Assembly (NCBI GenBank): GCA_965223295.1
Contig: CBDCWC010000002.1
Span: 1,440,001-1,504,000 of the forward strand
Origin: Nitrospirales bacterium
GTDB lineage: Bacteria > Nitrospirota > Nitrospiria > Nitrospirales > UBA8639
Length of the DNA stretch: 64,000 nt
Direction: 5' to 3'
Shown: piece by piece, positions 8,899 through 19,377 of the stretch
How the letters are laid out: every line of letters begins with the position of its first letter
Position numbering within the stretch: the first letter of the stretch is position 1
Translations under genes and position numbers: made by a program
Notes under the pieces: generated by a model
What the model was told of the DNA's origin: nothing
The model's database searches: none
What the model saw: the letters and a program-made list of their open reading frames with translations, nothing else

Positions 8899-10413
8899 TT
8901 AGTGAGGACCACCAATTTTTCTGGCTACTGACCAGGAACCTAAGTCTGTTTCGGTCGGCTTTATCAGGATTCCTTTTCTTCCACTCAGGAAACTTTTTAC
9001 TTTGGCAGACGCGTACCCCATCCCACTGCATAACAGGCGGAATAGATGGTTTGGATAACGCAAGACCATTTTGGCGAAGTACCAAAGGATTTTGGGGCGC
9101 CGATAAAATGACCTCAACACTTCTTGATAGTAACGGTCTAGCTCCTCGATGGACATCCCTTCCGGAGCCCAGACGAAATTCATGCCGTTCATTTTTTCCC
9201 AATGATCATCTCGAATGTTCGTTCCATAAAGATCGCGATACACTGGTGACCCAGGATAGGGTGTAAATTTTGTCAAATTCATGATCTCCATCGGAATCCG
9301 ACGAATGAAATCCTTGGTCATTTGAATCGTTTCAAGTGTCTCTCCGGGGTATCCCAGCATGAAGAGACCCTTTGTCCTGATCTTCGCTTCCGCCGTCCAG
9401 GTGACAGCCTGAGTCGACTTGGCCACCCGAGCCTGTTTGTCCATTTTTTTGAGCAATTCATCCGATCCCGTCTCTAGACCAAAACTTATTTCCCAACAGC
9501 CAGCAGCTTTCATGAGTTTAAGAAGATCGGGCTTCACGGTATCCACCCTGGCTGCGCAAGTCCAGGTCATCTTGAGACCATTTTGGATGATGAGATTGCA
9601 CAGTTCCGTCACACGAAGACGACTGGCAAGGAAAAGATCGTCCACAAACATGACATGCCGAACACCATACGTATTCTGAAGATGATGCATCATGTCAAAC
9701 ACGACCCTAGGAGAGTAGGCTCGCACCTGGGCACCAAACGTCGATGTGTCACAGAATTTACAGTGAAATGGGCACCCGCGCGAAGCCGCGATCGTCGCAA
9801 CTGGTCCTTGAGGGAATTCGAAAATGGCTGGCCAATAGGCATTAGGAAAATTCGGCAAGAGGTCCCAAGCCGGGAACGGCAATTCATCAAGATCTTTAGC
9901 AATAGGCAAAGCCGATGTACGAACGACTTGCTCGCTGTCGCGGTAAAGAAGGCTCGGCACCGAGGCCAAGTTGGCGCCGTCTTCCAGAGCATTCAACAGC
10001 TGAGTTAACGGTTGTTCCCCTTCCCCCACAACCGCAACGTCAAACTCCGGAAATCGGTGCATCGTTTCCGGCCCCATGGACGAAATATGGGGGCCTCCAA
10101 TAATGATTGTCGTCTGCGGAATCTTCTTTTTGATTTTCCTGGCAATGCCCGCGGCACCCCAGACACCCACGGTGAATAAGGTTATCCCCACATAGTCTGG
10201 CTTTTCGTCGAGTACTTTTTGAGCAACCTGATCCTCAGTCAGATTAAAGATATCGCTTTCTATAATTGACGGTTGATATCCACTGAGACGCACTTCTGCT
10301 GCAAGATGCAGCAGACCAAGGGACGGGGACTTATTGGTAATATGCCGGAGAAAGTCGTATCCGGGCGCAATCCGTTCATACGGCGGATTGATAAAGATGA
10401 TCTGTTTCGACAT
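8899..10413 (-). CDS. Cobalamin-binding radical SAM protein (class B methyltransferase-like)
   Basis: N-terminal B12-binding domain (SLGLLHLAA, IIGGPH, GEGE); SRGCPFHCKFC; FGLETGS; FMLGYPGET. Confidence 0.92.
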   Translation of the reverse strand: MSKQIIFINPPYERIAPGYDFLRHITNKSPSLGLLHLAAEVRLSGYQPSIIESDIFNLTEDQVAQKVLDEKPDYVGITLFTVGVWGAAGIARKIKKKIPQTTIIIGGPHISSMGPETMHRFPEFDVAVVGEGEQPLTQLLNALEDGANLASVPSLLYRDSEQVVRTSALPIAKDLDELPFPAWDLLPNFPNAYWPAIFEFPQGPVATIAASRGCPFHCKFCDTSTFGAQVRAYSPRVVFDMMHHLQNTYGVRHVMFVDDLFLASRLRVTELCNLIIQNGLKMTWTCAARVDTVKPDLLKLMKAAGCWEISFGLETGSDELLKKMDKQARVAKSTQAVTWTAEAKIRTKGLFMLGYPGETLETIQMTKDFIRRIPMEIMNLTKFTPYPGSPVYRDLYGTNIRDDHWEKMNGMNFVWAPEGMSIEELDRYYQEVLRSFYRRPKILWYFAKMVLRYPNHLFRLLCSGMGYASAKVKSFLSGRKGILIKPTETDLGSWSVARKIGGPH

Positions 10414-10797
10414 TGTGGACTCCCTTCCTCCAGACGACGATGGCGTCTTTTGTTCTTGGGTCCTCTCGAAATTTTAGAAAATTGTCATCTGTACTCAGGG
10501 AAAATGCGAACTGTAGAATCAAATTGTGACATCATTACATAAAAGAGTCAAAATTCTTCTATTTTTTCGTGGACTTATCTATCTTATTCTGACGAAATCC
10601 GGACTTTCATTCATCCTCATGCAATACAAATAGCTTTCAGAGATGAAACATTTTCACCGCATTCAAGAATTTTTGACTCAATGCCCCCTCTCATCTTTTT
10701 TATGTAGAACGTTGCCTTGGCAAGCTACAGCTTTTACAATTTCACGCAATAGATACATGACTCATTTTGCATAATTGTCACTCTTGGAGGTTGAGAA

Positions 10798-11457
10798 ATG
10801 ATTACTCGAACACAATATGCTCTAGCACTAAAGACTCTGGGGATAATGTCGGTATTCTTTTTTGGCTTGAGCATCAGCTCTAGTCCTTCATGGTTTCACG
10901 AAGAAGTCTCGGCAACAGAAACCCCACAACTAATTGCCACCAATTCTTCTGATTCTCCAACGGCAACGACTTCCTCAAACCTCTATGACTTTACAATGAA
11001 TGACATTGATGGCAATCCTCTTCCCCTGAGCCAATTTAAAGGAAAAGTCATCATGGTCGTTAACACGGCCAGTTTTTGCGGGAACACCCCTCAGTACGAA
11101 GACCTTCAAACGCTATACGAACAGTATCGCGATCAAGGCTTTACTGTCCTCGCCTTCCCTGCCAATGACTTTGGCAAACAAGAACCAGGAAATAACAAGG
11201 AAATTGCGGAATTCTGTTACACCAAATATTCTTTGGAATTCCCGTTATTCAGCAAAATTACAGTCCTCGGTGATCAGAAACATCCTCTGTATCGCTACCT
11301 CACAGAAGAGACTCCTTTTCAAGGAGAAATCACCTGGAATTTCCAAAAGTTTCTGGTTAATCGAACAGGTCAAGTCATTGCACGATATGAACCAGGGCAA
11401 AAACCTCTCACACCTCAAATTGTGGGAGATATTGAAAAAGCCTTACAAGCCTCGTAG
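10798..11457 (+). CDS. Glutathione peroxidase family protein (Cys-type, BtuE-like) with N-terminal signal
   Basis: VNTASFCGNTPQY, FPANDFGKQEPG, EFC (resolving Cys), WNFQKFL. Confidence 0.92.
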   Translation: MITRTQYALALKTLGIMSVFFFGLSISSSPSWFHEEVSATETPQLIATNSSDSPTATTSSNLYDFTMNDIDGNPLPLSQFKGKVIMVVNTASFCGNTPQYEDLQTLYEQYRDQGFTVLAFPANDFGKQEPGNNKEIAEFCYTKYSLEFPLFSKITVLGDQKHPLYRYLTEETPFQGEITWNFQKFLVNRTGQVIARYEPGQKPLTPQIVGDIEKALQAS

Positions 11458-11539
11458 ATAGCCTGCCCTTTCCTGCAGGTAGCCCCCTCAGAAGCTAACA
11501 GGCTCACCTCTACCCGTTTAGATCGGGCAGACCCGCTGA

Positions 11540-11572
11540 GGGGGTGAGACCCAGTTTCACCCCTCTTTTGTT
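11540..11572 (+). terminator. Probable intrinsic terminator downstream of the peroxidase gene
   Basis: GGGGTGAGA-loop-TTTCACCCC stem followed by TCTTTTGTT. Confidence 0.55.
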
Positions 11573-12696
11573 ATGCGGCCCCCCATATCATTGCACCCAC
11601 TACTATTTCCTGAATAATCGGTGATATGTCACCACGAACGTGAGTTCACAGAAAATCTTCTCGGAAAGAAGCCATGAAGTTCTCAGATTTCTGAATGAAA
11701 TTCCTAGGAAAACTTCTAGACAAGAACTCCCCAATAGCATTTATTTTTACCTACATAAATTCACTATCAATATATTGAACAAATACTGTGACGATAGATG
11801 GCCATACTTTTTATCAGGGCTCAGATAGTGCGGGATATCAGAACTCGCAATATTCAATAGTATTGAGCTATACTCTAGGTATCTTTTACTATATTTTTAC
11901 TGTCATTTTATGATTTCTCTTCCATGAGTCATGTTTTTATCTTTCTTCGGTCATCGGAATTCCCCCAAACGTTTCCCACTCTCTCTTTAGATTAAGCATA
12001 GCGTAGGTGAAACACAGTTGGAACACGAGACTATCTGCGAAATACCTGCAAAGGGATAGGCATGAGCAGTAATAGCCAAGGTCAGTATGTATTGAATGGC
12101 AAATAGTGTATCCGGTCTTGTTCGCACAAAGTTCCAAACGTGATGAATTCTCAGAACTCATGTAACAATGCGCATGTCGAAAGTTTGAATCATATAAAGG
12201 TCAAGGTTAAATACGTATTCGGAGGAAATGTTGTCCAACAGACTGTCTATCCCATACCATATCCTAACGCATAGAAGGCCCTGACATTTTACGAGAGGAC
12301 GGACCAAACAATCGTTCTTTTGCAGAATTCGAAAATCCCAGAAAATGGATACAAGAGAACCCTTCTTTTGGGCTAGGTGAAAATTCTTACAATGCACTCT
12401 CTGTTTGATTTTTAGACGACAGATCTAATCAAAAAAAATACATCATAGAACTTTCAAAAACCACAAAAACTTCAGTATCCTGACGTTGTAACGATTTGAT
12501 GCTCCTTCTACACTAAGCTGGAACTGAGCAATCATCTGAAATCATGATGGTATGCATTGTGGTATTGGTAACAAGTATTTTCGTCGCAGTGTTATCTGGA
12601 GAGAGAACGAGACAAGACCAGGACAACGGAAAGTGATTTGGATTTCTCCATAAGATCATGGTCAGTATCGTGAATAAAGGAATATAAGAGTTATCA

Positions 12697-14832
12697 ATGT
12701 ATCTTAATTTTTTCCGCTTACAGGCCAAACCCTTTAATCCTACACCAGACCCTGAATTCCTGTATCTTAGTCCAGGGCATAAACAGGCCTTGGGCTCAAT
12801 CATCTATGGCGTCAAAGCGAAAAAAGGGTTCATTGCGATTACCGGTCAAGTTGGTCTTGGAAAAACCACGATTCTCCGATCCTTTCTTGCTCAAGTCGAT
12901 CAGACCAATCTTCGTACAATTTATCTGCTCAATCCCAACTTGTCTTTCTCGAGAGTACTCAAGACATTGCTGCAGGAACTCGGACAGGAACCCATCCAGG
13001 GGGACGAAGCAGAAGTTGTCGAGCAATTGCACATGGTGCTTATCGAAGAATATCGAAAAGGCAAGACAGTGGTACTCCTCATCGACGAAGCTCAAAATAT
13101 GCCTGTGACAACGTTAGAGCAACTTCGCATGTTGTCTAACTTAGAGACACCAAAAGACAAACTCATTCAGATTGTATTGTTGGGACAACCGGAATTGGAT
13201 GCTCTTTTGGATCGGCATGAATTACGCCAAGTACGCCAGCGCATTGCCGTTCAAGCCATGATTCGCCCCCTTTCTAAAGAAGAAAGTCTCCAGTATATTC
13301 AGCATCGCTTGGACAGAGCTGGAGGGATGGGAAATAAGTTTTTCACCAACTCGGCTTTAAAGTTAATTGTCCAAGAAGCCAAGGGGATCCCTCGTCGCCT
13401 GAATATTCTCTGTGACAATGCTTTGGTGACGGCTTTCGGGTATAAGAAGCCCTCTGTGACGGCCAGTATTGTTAAAGAAGTCATTAGTGATCTGACAGGT
13501 CGAGCTTATCACACACCTTTGAGATGGATACCGTTGGCTGCAGGCATTTTGGCACTTATTCTTGCTCTGATCTGGTTCATGCCTCTCACAGATCATGTAT
13601 CTCCCGACGCCCCTCTTTCATCGTCCGTTAGCCAACTGATAAACCAGGATGAAAAGTCAGATCAAGACTTTTTGAGTGAAGAACACGAAGCAGATGTTTC
13701 AGAGCAACAAGATCTTACCTTCATAGAGCAAACACGAAATTTGCTTGTCGAGTCAGTGCCAAAAGTCTTAGAGACATTACAGAAGGTAGCTATTTCCGAT
13801 CAGAATTCGAATACAATTCCCACTTCCGTCCAACCAGGCGGTAACCCTAACAATCAAGAACAAGCTGTTGATCTCGAACAATCGCCCCTTGTCGTGAAAC
13901 CTGTACCCCGCGCTGCTTCAAACAAGCCAAGTGATGTGCCAGTTTCTGATGAAACTGTTGCCAGTCAAACCCCTGAAAATCAAGAATCCCATGCTTCAGA
14001 ACAGAAGGAAGGTAAAATCGAAAATTCCGAAGAACATTTTCTTATAGAGAACATGAAGCTAACACAGGTTGAATCACAATCATCTCCTGTTCTGGTCATT
14101 GATACGAATACGGCAGAACGCAACATAAAAAAACTCAGTAAACCCTTAGACCAAGCTTCAATAGATTTGGTGGAAGGCCAGGAACCACACCACAACCAAG
14201 AAAGTCTTCCTACAAAAACTGTAACTAAAGAACAAGTGCCAGTACAGATACCGTCACGTGGCAAAAGCAAAATTGGCCTCTCAACCCCTCCCATAACAAG
14301 AACTGTGAAAAAGGGGGACACCCTCGCAGGGTTAATAGAAGACGTATATGGATCAGTAGCTCCTTCGACTCTGCGATTGGTGCTTGACCATAATCGTCAT
14401 ATTGTGAATGTCCAACAAATTTATCCTGGGCAAGAGATTTTATTTCCCTCTGCAAGGCTGACAAATTCTCCAAAAGGCCTTATTGATAGTACGCGTGACT
14501 TGGTACAAGGCAAGAGTGAAAAGTTGAAAGTTTCAAAAAAAATCTTCTCTGGATCATCCGTCAAAATCAAACCGAATCAGAAAAAAAATAAAGCAAAAAA
14601 TCTTTCTCCCTTCGCCGTGGCCGTCGTCAAAAAAGGTGACACTCTTGAAAAGTTGACCAGAGTTGTCTACGGATCATCTGATCCAACCTATATTCAACGT
14701 GTACTGGATTATAACCCGAAAATTCTGAGTCCTAAGAAAATTTTCCCAGGACAGGATATTGCGTTTCCTAGAATTGTGGAAGAAGTAGACACATCAAGCA
14801 ATCAAAGCTCATCTGCACGTTCACCTGAATAA
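12697..14832 (+). CDS. ExeA-like AAA ATPase with TM segment, long linker and two C-terminal LysM-like domains
   Basis: MYLNFFRL..KPF..TPDP.FLY, GQVGLGKTT Walker A, LLIDEAQ Walker B, GIPRRLNILCDNAL; two VKKGDTL..L...VYG...I.PGQ.I.FP repeats. Confidence 0.88.
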   Translation: MYLNFFRLQAKPFNPTPDPEFLYLSPGHKQALGSIIYGVKAKKGFIAITGQVGLGKTTILRSFLAQVDQTNLRTIYLLNPNLSFSRVLKTLLQELGQEPIQGDEAEVVEQLHMVLIEEYRKGKTVVLLIDEAQNMPVTTLEQLRMLSNLETPKDKLIQIVLLGQPELDALLDRHELRQVRQRIAVQAMIRPLSKEESLQYIQHRLDRAGGMGNKFFTNSALKLIVQEAKGIPRRLNILCDNALVTAFGYKKPSVTASIVKEVISDLTGRAYHTPLRWIPLAAGILALILALIWFMPLTDHVSPDAPLSSSVSQLINQDEKSDQDFLSEEHEADVSEQQDLTFIEQTRNLLVESVPKVLETLQKVAISDQNSNTIPTSVQPGGNPNNQEQAVDLEQSPLVVKPVPRAASNKPSDVPVSDETVASQTPENQESHASEQKEGKIENSEEHFLIENMKLTQVESQSSPVLVIDTNTAERNIKKLSKPLDQASIDLVEGQEPHHNQESLPTKTVTKEQVPVQIPSRGKSKIGLSTPPITRTVKKGDTLAGLIEDVYGSVAPSTLRLVLDHNRHIVNVQQIYPGQEILFPSARLTNSPKGLIDSTRDLVQGKSEKLKVSKKIFSGSSVKIKPNQKKNKAKNLSPFAVAVVKKGDTLEKLTRVVYGSSDPTYIQRVLDYNPKILSPKKIFPGQDIAFPRIVEEVDTSSNQSSSARSPE

Positions 14833-14895
14833 TTAGCCATCGATGTTGAGAAAGTATCTGTCACCTCATTCATTTTTCTTGCGAAGGATCACTGT

Positions 14896-15639
14896 ATGAG
14901 TAAAGTGTATGAGGCACTACAACATGCCTATGCTGATCGGCATGAAGTCAGTAAGACTCTTCCAGTCGAACGTCCACGCTCGCAGCCGATTGTCCTTTCT
15001 ACGCTACCTCCAGTCAAATTCGATCGGGAGATGTCTCAGCTTCATCAACGCCTGACAAGCCTTCTTCCTGACCCCCAACACGCCATCATTCAATTTCTTA
15101 GTTGCCAGGGCCAAGAAGGAGTCTCCATTATCGCTCAAGAATTTGCGAGGGTTTGTGTTGAAAAACATGGGAAGTCTATTTTGCTGGTAGATGGGGACTC
15201 TGAGAACATGACCCAACATCATTCTCTCGGCATTACTCCAAAAACATCGTTACAGCAAGTGATGAAAAACGGGGGTGATTTAGACCAGGTCATTACGCCG
15301 GTGGTTCATTCCCGTTTGTTTCTCGCACAATTATCTGAAAACGGCACCCACACTCCACAGCATGATTCGACTATCAGCAAAGGGGATTTGTGGGTCCATA
15401 TACGAAAACAGTTTGACTTGATTATCATTGATACTCCACCGATTGACACATCTGACGAAAGTCTGGAGTTGTGCGCAATGGTTGATGGCGTAGTGATGGT
15501 TGTCGAAGCAGAAAAAACTCGTTCTCACGTAGTATCCAACTTAAAGGAACGGATTGTGCACAATGGCGGAAAGTTGCTTGGGGTCGTGTTTAATAAACAA
15601 CAGCATTACATCCCAAAATGGTTTTATTCAAAACTCTAG
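14896..15639 (+). CDS. CpsD/CapB-type BY-kinase homolog with degenerate Walker A
   Basis: MSKVYEAL N-terminus, SCQGQEGVS (Lys missing), LLVDGD, IIIDTPP, LLGVVFN. Confidence 0.8.
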   Translation: MSKVYEALQHAYADRHEVSKTLPVERPRSQPIVLSTLPPVKFDREMSQLHQRLTSLLPDPQHAIIQFLSCQGQEGVSIIAQEFARVCVEKHGKSILLVDGDSENMTQHHSLGITPKTSLQQVMKNGGDLDQVITPVVHSRLFLAQLSENGTHTPQHDSTISKGDLWVHIRKQFDLIIIDTPPIDTSDESLELCAMVDGVVMVVEAEKTRSHVVSNLKERIVHNGGKLLGVVFNKQQHYIPKWFYSKL

Positions 15640-15868
15640 TTGTTTAATTTCGGGATGAAGCAACCATGTAAAGGCTCCGATGTTATATGTTTTCGTAACA
15701 TAAGGCGATAGATAGATTCTCATAAATAAATAGCTGAAGAAGACTCGAATTGGAGAGCTTTGGCTACAAAGGTACTTAAGAAGCATACGATACCGTCATC
15801 CTAAATCAATGTGATGAAACCATTGAACTCAGCGTAAGGATAAGAGTTAAAGTTGAGGTTAATCGAAG

Positions 15869-17347
15869 ATGCCTTATGAATTGACGCCAATACAGAAGAA
15901 AGAGAGCCAGGGGAACTTCCTGAGTCTTCGAGAAATTCTTACTGTAGTTTTCAAACATAAACGAACAATCATAGTCGTATTTCTTTTGATTACATTTATT
16001 TCACTGATTATCCCATTTTTCATGACCCCTATCTATGAAGCAGACTCAAGTCTCCTTGTGAAAATTGGACGAGAGCACATGCTGATGTCTGAAGTAGGTG
16101 ATGTAACACCACAAATACAAGTTGACATTAAAACTCTCGTTGACCCTGAGGTTGCAATCCTCACCAGTCGAGACCTTATGCAAAGAGTGATCCAAGCCCT
16201 CGGAATCAATGTCATCTATCCTGATCTGGCAAACGATCCCCCAGAATCGATGAGTCCCTTAGAAGCCTCCATCCTGCAGTTTCAAGATGATCTGGAAGTA
16301 GAGCAACAGGGGGATTCAAATGTCATAATAGTCAAATTCCAACATGAAGTCCCACAAATTTCCGCTAAAGCAGTAAATTTTTTGGGAGACTTTTGGAAAG
16401 AACTACATCTAAAGGTCTTCAGCGCCCCCCAAGCCCCTTTCCTTCACGAACAAGCCGAGATGTATCGAACAAGACTCGAGCAATCTGAAACTCGTTTGCA
16501 GCAATTTAAACAAGAACATGGAATTTCATCTTTTTCTGAGCAAAAAAGGCTCATTCTTGAACAGCAACAAGCGTTAGATATTAGTCACAAGACTACTCAG
16601 AATGAAATTCAGGGGCTCACCACAAAAATTGATTCTATTACAAAACAACTGAAGACCATACCAAAAGAAATTCCTCTTTCAACAGTAAATGACGAGCGGC
16701 GCGTAATTGACGACACAAAGAGTGAGTTACTGAGTTTAAAACGGAAAGAACAGGAACTCTCAGCAAGATACCAGGACACAAGCAGAATATTGATTGAGCT
16801 GAGAAAAGAAATTGCTCTTATGCAATCTTTCATTTCCGAACAGGAAGAGGAACTCGGAGATACAGTCACCTTAGGCAGAAACCCAGTCTATCAACAACTC
16901 GAATTGGAGATGCTAAGCGCAAAGTCTCAACATGCAGCACTACATACTCAGGACGAGGTGCTCACTAAGCAGCTCAAGGAGTTAGATAATCAAATCGGGA
17001 ACCTTAGCCAACTTCAGAAGGAATTCGATGCCCTAGAACGTAAGGTCACAAATGATCAAGAGAACCTGACTCGGTATATGGAAAAAGTGGAAGCCGCAAA
17101 GATTTCTCAGAAAATGGATAAGAAACAAATTGCGAATGTGAGCGTGATTCAAGCCGCATCTGTCCCTGTAAAACCGATTAAACCTAAAAAAGGTCTTATT
17201 GCCGGTCTGGGAGTGATTCTTGGGGCATTAGCTAGTATAAGTTTGGCTTTTTTGATGGAAGCCTTGCAATCAAGTTATACAAGACCCGAACAGGTCTCTA
17301 ACGACCTCGATTTACCAGTTCTCGTATCTATTAGTCATAAGGGCTAA
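15869..17347 (+). CDS. GumC/Wzc-type polysaccharide co-polymerase (chain-length determinant)
   Basis: Two TM helices flanking a long coiled-coil periplasmic region; P.YEA.SSLLV, A.VPVKPIKPKK, LDLPVL. Confidence 0.88.
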   Translation: MPYELTPIQKKESQGNFLSLREILTVVFKHKRTIIVVFLLITFISLIIPFFMTPIYEADSSLLVKIGREHMLMSEVGDVTPQIQVDIKTLVDPEVAILTSRDLMQRVIQALGINVIYPDLANDPPESMSPLEASILQFQDDLEVEQQGDSNVIIVKFQHEVPQISAKAVNFLGDFWKELHLKVFSAPQAPFLHEQAEMYRTRLEQSETRLQQFKQEHGISSFSEQKRLILEQQQALDISHKTTQNEIQGLTTKIDSITKQLKTIPKEIPLSTVNDERRVIDDTKSELLSLKRKEQELSARYQDTSRILIELRKEIALMQSFISEQEEELGDTVTLGRNPVYQQLELEMLSAKSQHAALHTQDEVLTKQLKELDNQIGNLSQLQKEFDALERKVTNDQENLTRYMEKVEAAKISQKMDKKQIANVSVIQAASVPVKPIKPKKGLIAGLGVILGALASISLAFLMEALQSSYTRPEQVSNDLDLPVLVSISHKG

Positions 17348-17950
17348 GGAAGTAATTTCTCATCTATTATGAAGATGACGACCCTATATTCGAAACTATC
17401 GGAAGAACTGCTGCACTGCCAAACTTCCCCGAGCTATAGATGCTCAGCGAAAACAGTCTTACCTCTGGGATCAGAGAGTTTTCACGATCAACAGAATCAT
17501 AATTTACTATCTCGCATAGGTCCTATTGAGTGAGCACACAAAGCTTTCAGGGTCCAGAATATGTGTTACTTGTTCAAGCAGTTGAGCATAACTGTGACAG
17601 ACATCAAGTTACTCATCTTTGTCGATTGACTGGCAGAGACTGGCACTGACGGTTTGCGGAAATGATCCAAGCCTGACCTAAGAAAGTTGTCCTCCCCAAT
17701 CTGCTCAATTAATTATTGACCGTGGCCCCAACAATCGGACCAGGGCTTCAAACCTTATCTACATTTCTGATTCGGATCGTATGGAAGAATGTGACCGTGC
17801 TTATCACTTCTTTTTTGGCTTGTGACCGGCTGAGCAATAAGTGGTAGGCAACTATCCAGCTTGAATGAAGATACGCCTGAGTGGCGTGCCCCCTTTAAAC
17901 GGTTCCGAGGCCTATGTTACAGGCTAGGGCATATAAAAAAGGAGGGTATC

Positions 17951-18229
17951 ATGGCACGTGTGAAGTACTCGGTTGAACAAATCATTCACAAACTGCGGGA
18001 AGCGGAGGTCCTGTTGGGGCAAGGGCAGACCGTCAAAGACATTTGTCGGAAGTGGAATATCACCGATCCCACCTACTATCGGTGGCGGCAGGAATATGGT
18101 GGACTGAAACTTGATCAGGCGAAACGACTCAAAGACTTGGAGCGCGAGAATGCCCGCTTGAAGCGAGCCGTGGCAGATCTCACCCTGGATAAATTGATTC
18201 TGAAGGAAGCAGCTGAGGGAAACTTCTAA
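17951..18229 (+). CDS. IS3 transposase OrfA (HTH)
   Basis: GGAGG RBS before ATG 17951; [29 protein letters not shown]. Confidence 0.9.
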   Translation: MARVKYSVEQIIHKLREAEVLLGQGQTVKDICRKWNITDPTYYRWRQEYGGLKLDQAKRLKDLERENARLKRAVADLTLDKLILKEAAEGNF

Positions 18230-18279
18230 GCCCCACCCGACGCCGCCGAGCCGTTCACACCATTGGGCAACGACTGAGG

Positions 18280-19062
18280 GTGGCGGAACGGCGGACGTGC
18301 CAGGTGCTGGGGCAACCTCGATCGACACAGCGGTATCAGGCTCAGGTCCGAGGGGACGAAGAAGCGTTAACTAAAACGATTGTGCGGCTGGCTCGAAAGT
18401 ATGGGCGCTATGGCTACCGACGCATCACCGCGTTGGTTCGAGTCGAGGGCTGGCACGTGAATCATAAACGCGTGGAACGGATTTGGCGGCGGGAAGGCTT
18501 AAAAGTGCCGAAGAAGCAACCCAAACGGGGGCGACTCTGGATCAACAAGGACTCCTGTGTGCGGCTCCAGCCTCAACATCCAAATCATGTCTGGGCCTAC
18601 GATTTTGTGGCCACGCGGACCCATGATGGTCGCCCGGTACGCTTGCTGACCATTGTCGATGAATATACCCGAGAATGTTTGGCTATTGAGGTCGCTCGGC
18701 ATCTTCGAGCCGATGATGTGCTACATCGGCTGGCTGAGCTGTTTCTGCAGCACGGTTGTCCGGGATATATTCGTTCGGATAACGGCCCAGAATTTACCGC
18801 GAAGGCTGTTCGACAATGGCTCGCCCAGCTAGGGGTCGGCACCTTGTTTATCGAACCAGGCAGCCCCTGGGAGAATGGCTATAATGAGAGTTTGAATGGC
18901 AAACTGCGGGATGAGCTCTTGAACGGGGAAATCTTCTATACGCTCCGGGAAGCGCAAGTGCTCATCGAATGGTGGCGGCAACACTATAAGCAGGTGCGTC
19001 CCCATAGCGCTTTAGGATACAAACCACCAACCCCTGAGGCATTAATTCCAAAATGCGCTTAA
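18280..19062 (+). CDS. IS3 transposase OrfB (DDE/rve), probably translated as OrfAB via -1 frameshift
   Basis: [33 protein letters not shown]; slippery G GGA AAC at 18217-18223 in the orfA frame. Confidence 0.92.
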   Translation: MAERRTCQVLGQPRSTQRYQAQVRGDEEALTKTIVRLARKYGRYGYRRITALVRVEGWHVNHKRVERIWRREGLKVPKKQPKRGRLWINKDSCVRLQPQHPNHVWAYDFVATRTHDGRPVRLLTIVDEYTRECLAIEVARHLRADDVLHRLAELFLQHGCPGYIRSDNGPEFTAKAVRQWLAQLGVGTLFIEPGSPWENGYNESLNGKLRDELLNGEIFYTLREAQVLIEWWRQHYKQVRPHSALGYKPPTPEALIPKCA

Positions 19063-19377
19063 AGCTGCATGCACACTGGAACAATCACTGGGGGCACGTC
19101 AATTTCCTCATAGCATTTCAATTGAGTTCCAGATATGAAATATAACTTCTACCAAGAAAGCACATTTTCTTGCAATATCGGCATAGACTGAAATCTCTGT
19201 CTTGCAGGGCGCAAGGTTTGAAAACGGTAATCAGAGCTCTAGTTTAGACATCTTGCCGCCAGGATACTTACAAATCCTATTTCAGATAGCACCTTTGCTC
19301 TTAGAGCTACTCTGCAAGCCGCAAATTCAGGGAAGACTCACTTTTTGCAACACAACTCTTCAGTCGCCCGAGCCTAA

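Larger units (their letters stand above)
17882..19101 (+). mobile_element. IS3-family insertion sequence (~1.22 kb)
   Basis: Terminal IRs TGGCGTGCCCCC..GGTTCC / GGAAC..GGGGGCACGTCA (5'-TG...CA-3'); orfA/orfB in -1 arrangement; no target duplication visible. Confidence 0.93.

Noticed and set aside
10500-10560. CRP-like or CarH-operator-like site (TGTGACATCATTACAT) in the divergent radical SAM/peroxidase spacer
   Set aside because: Second half-site is poor and the TnnACA words are not at 11-bp spacing
11640-12690. Short ORFs or an ncRNA in the long spacer before exeA
   Set aside because: No recognisable protein motif, RBS or RNA family; treated as AT-rich regulatory DNA
17350-17700. Possible decayed membrane-protein gene after wzc
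   Set aside because: Only a short hydrophobic-looking stretch; no family can be supported
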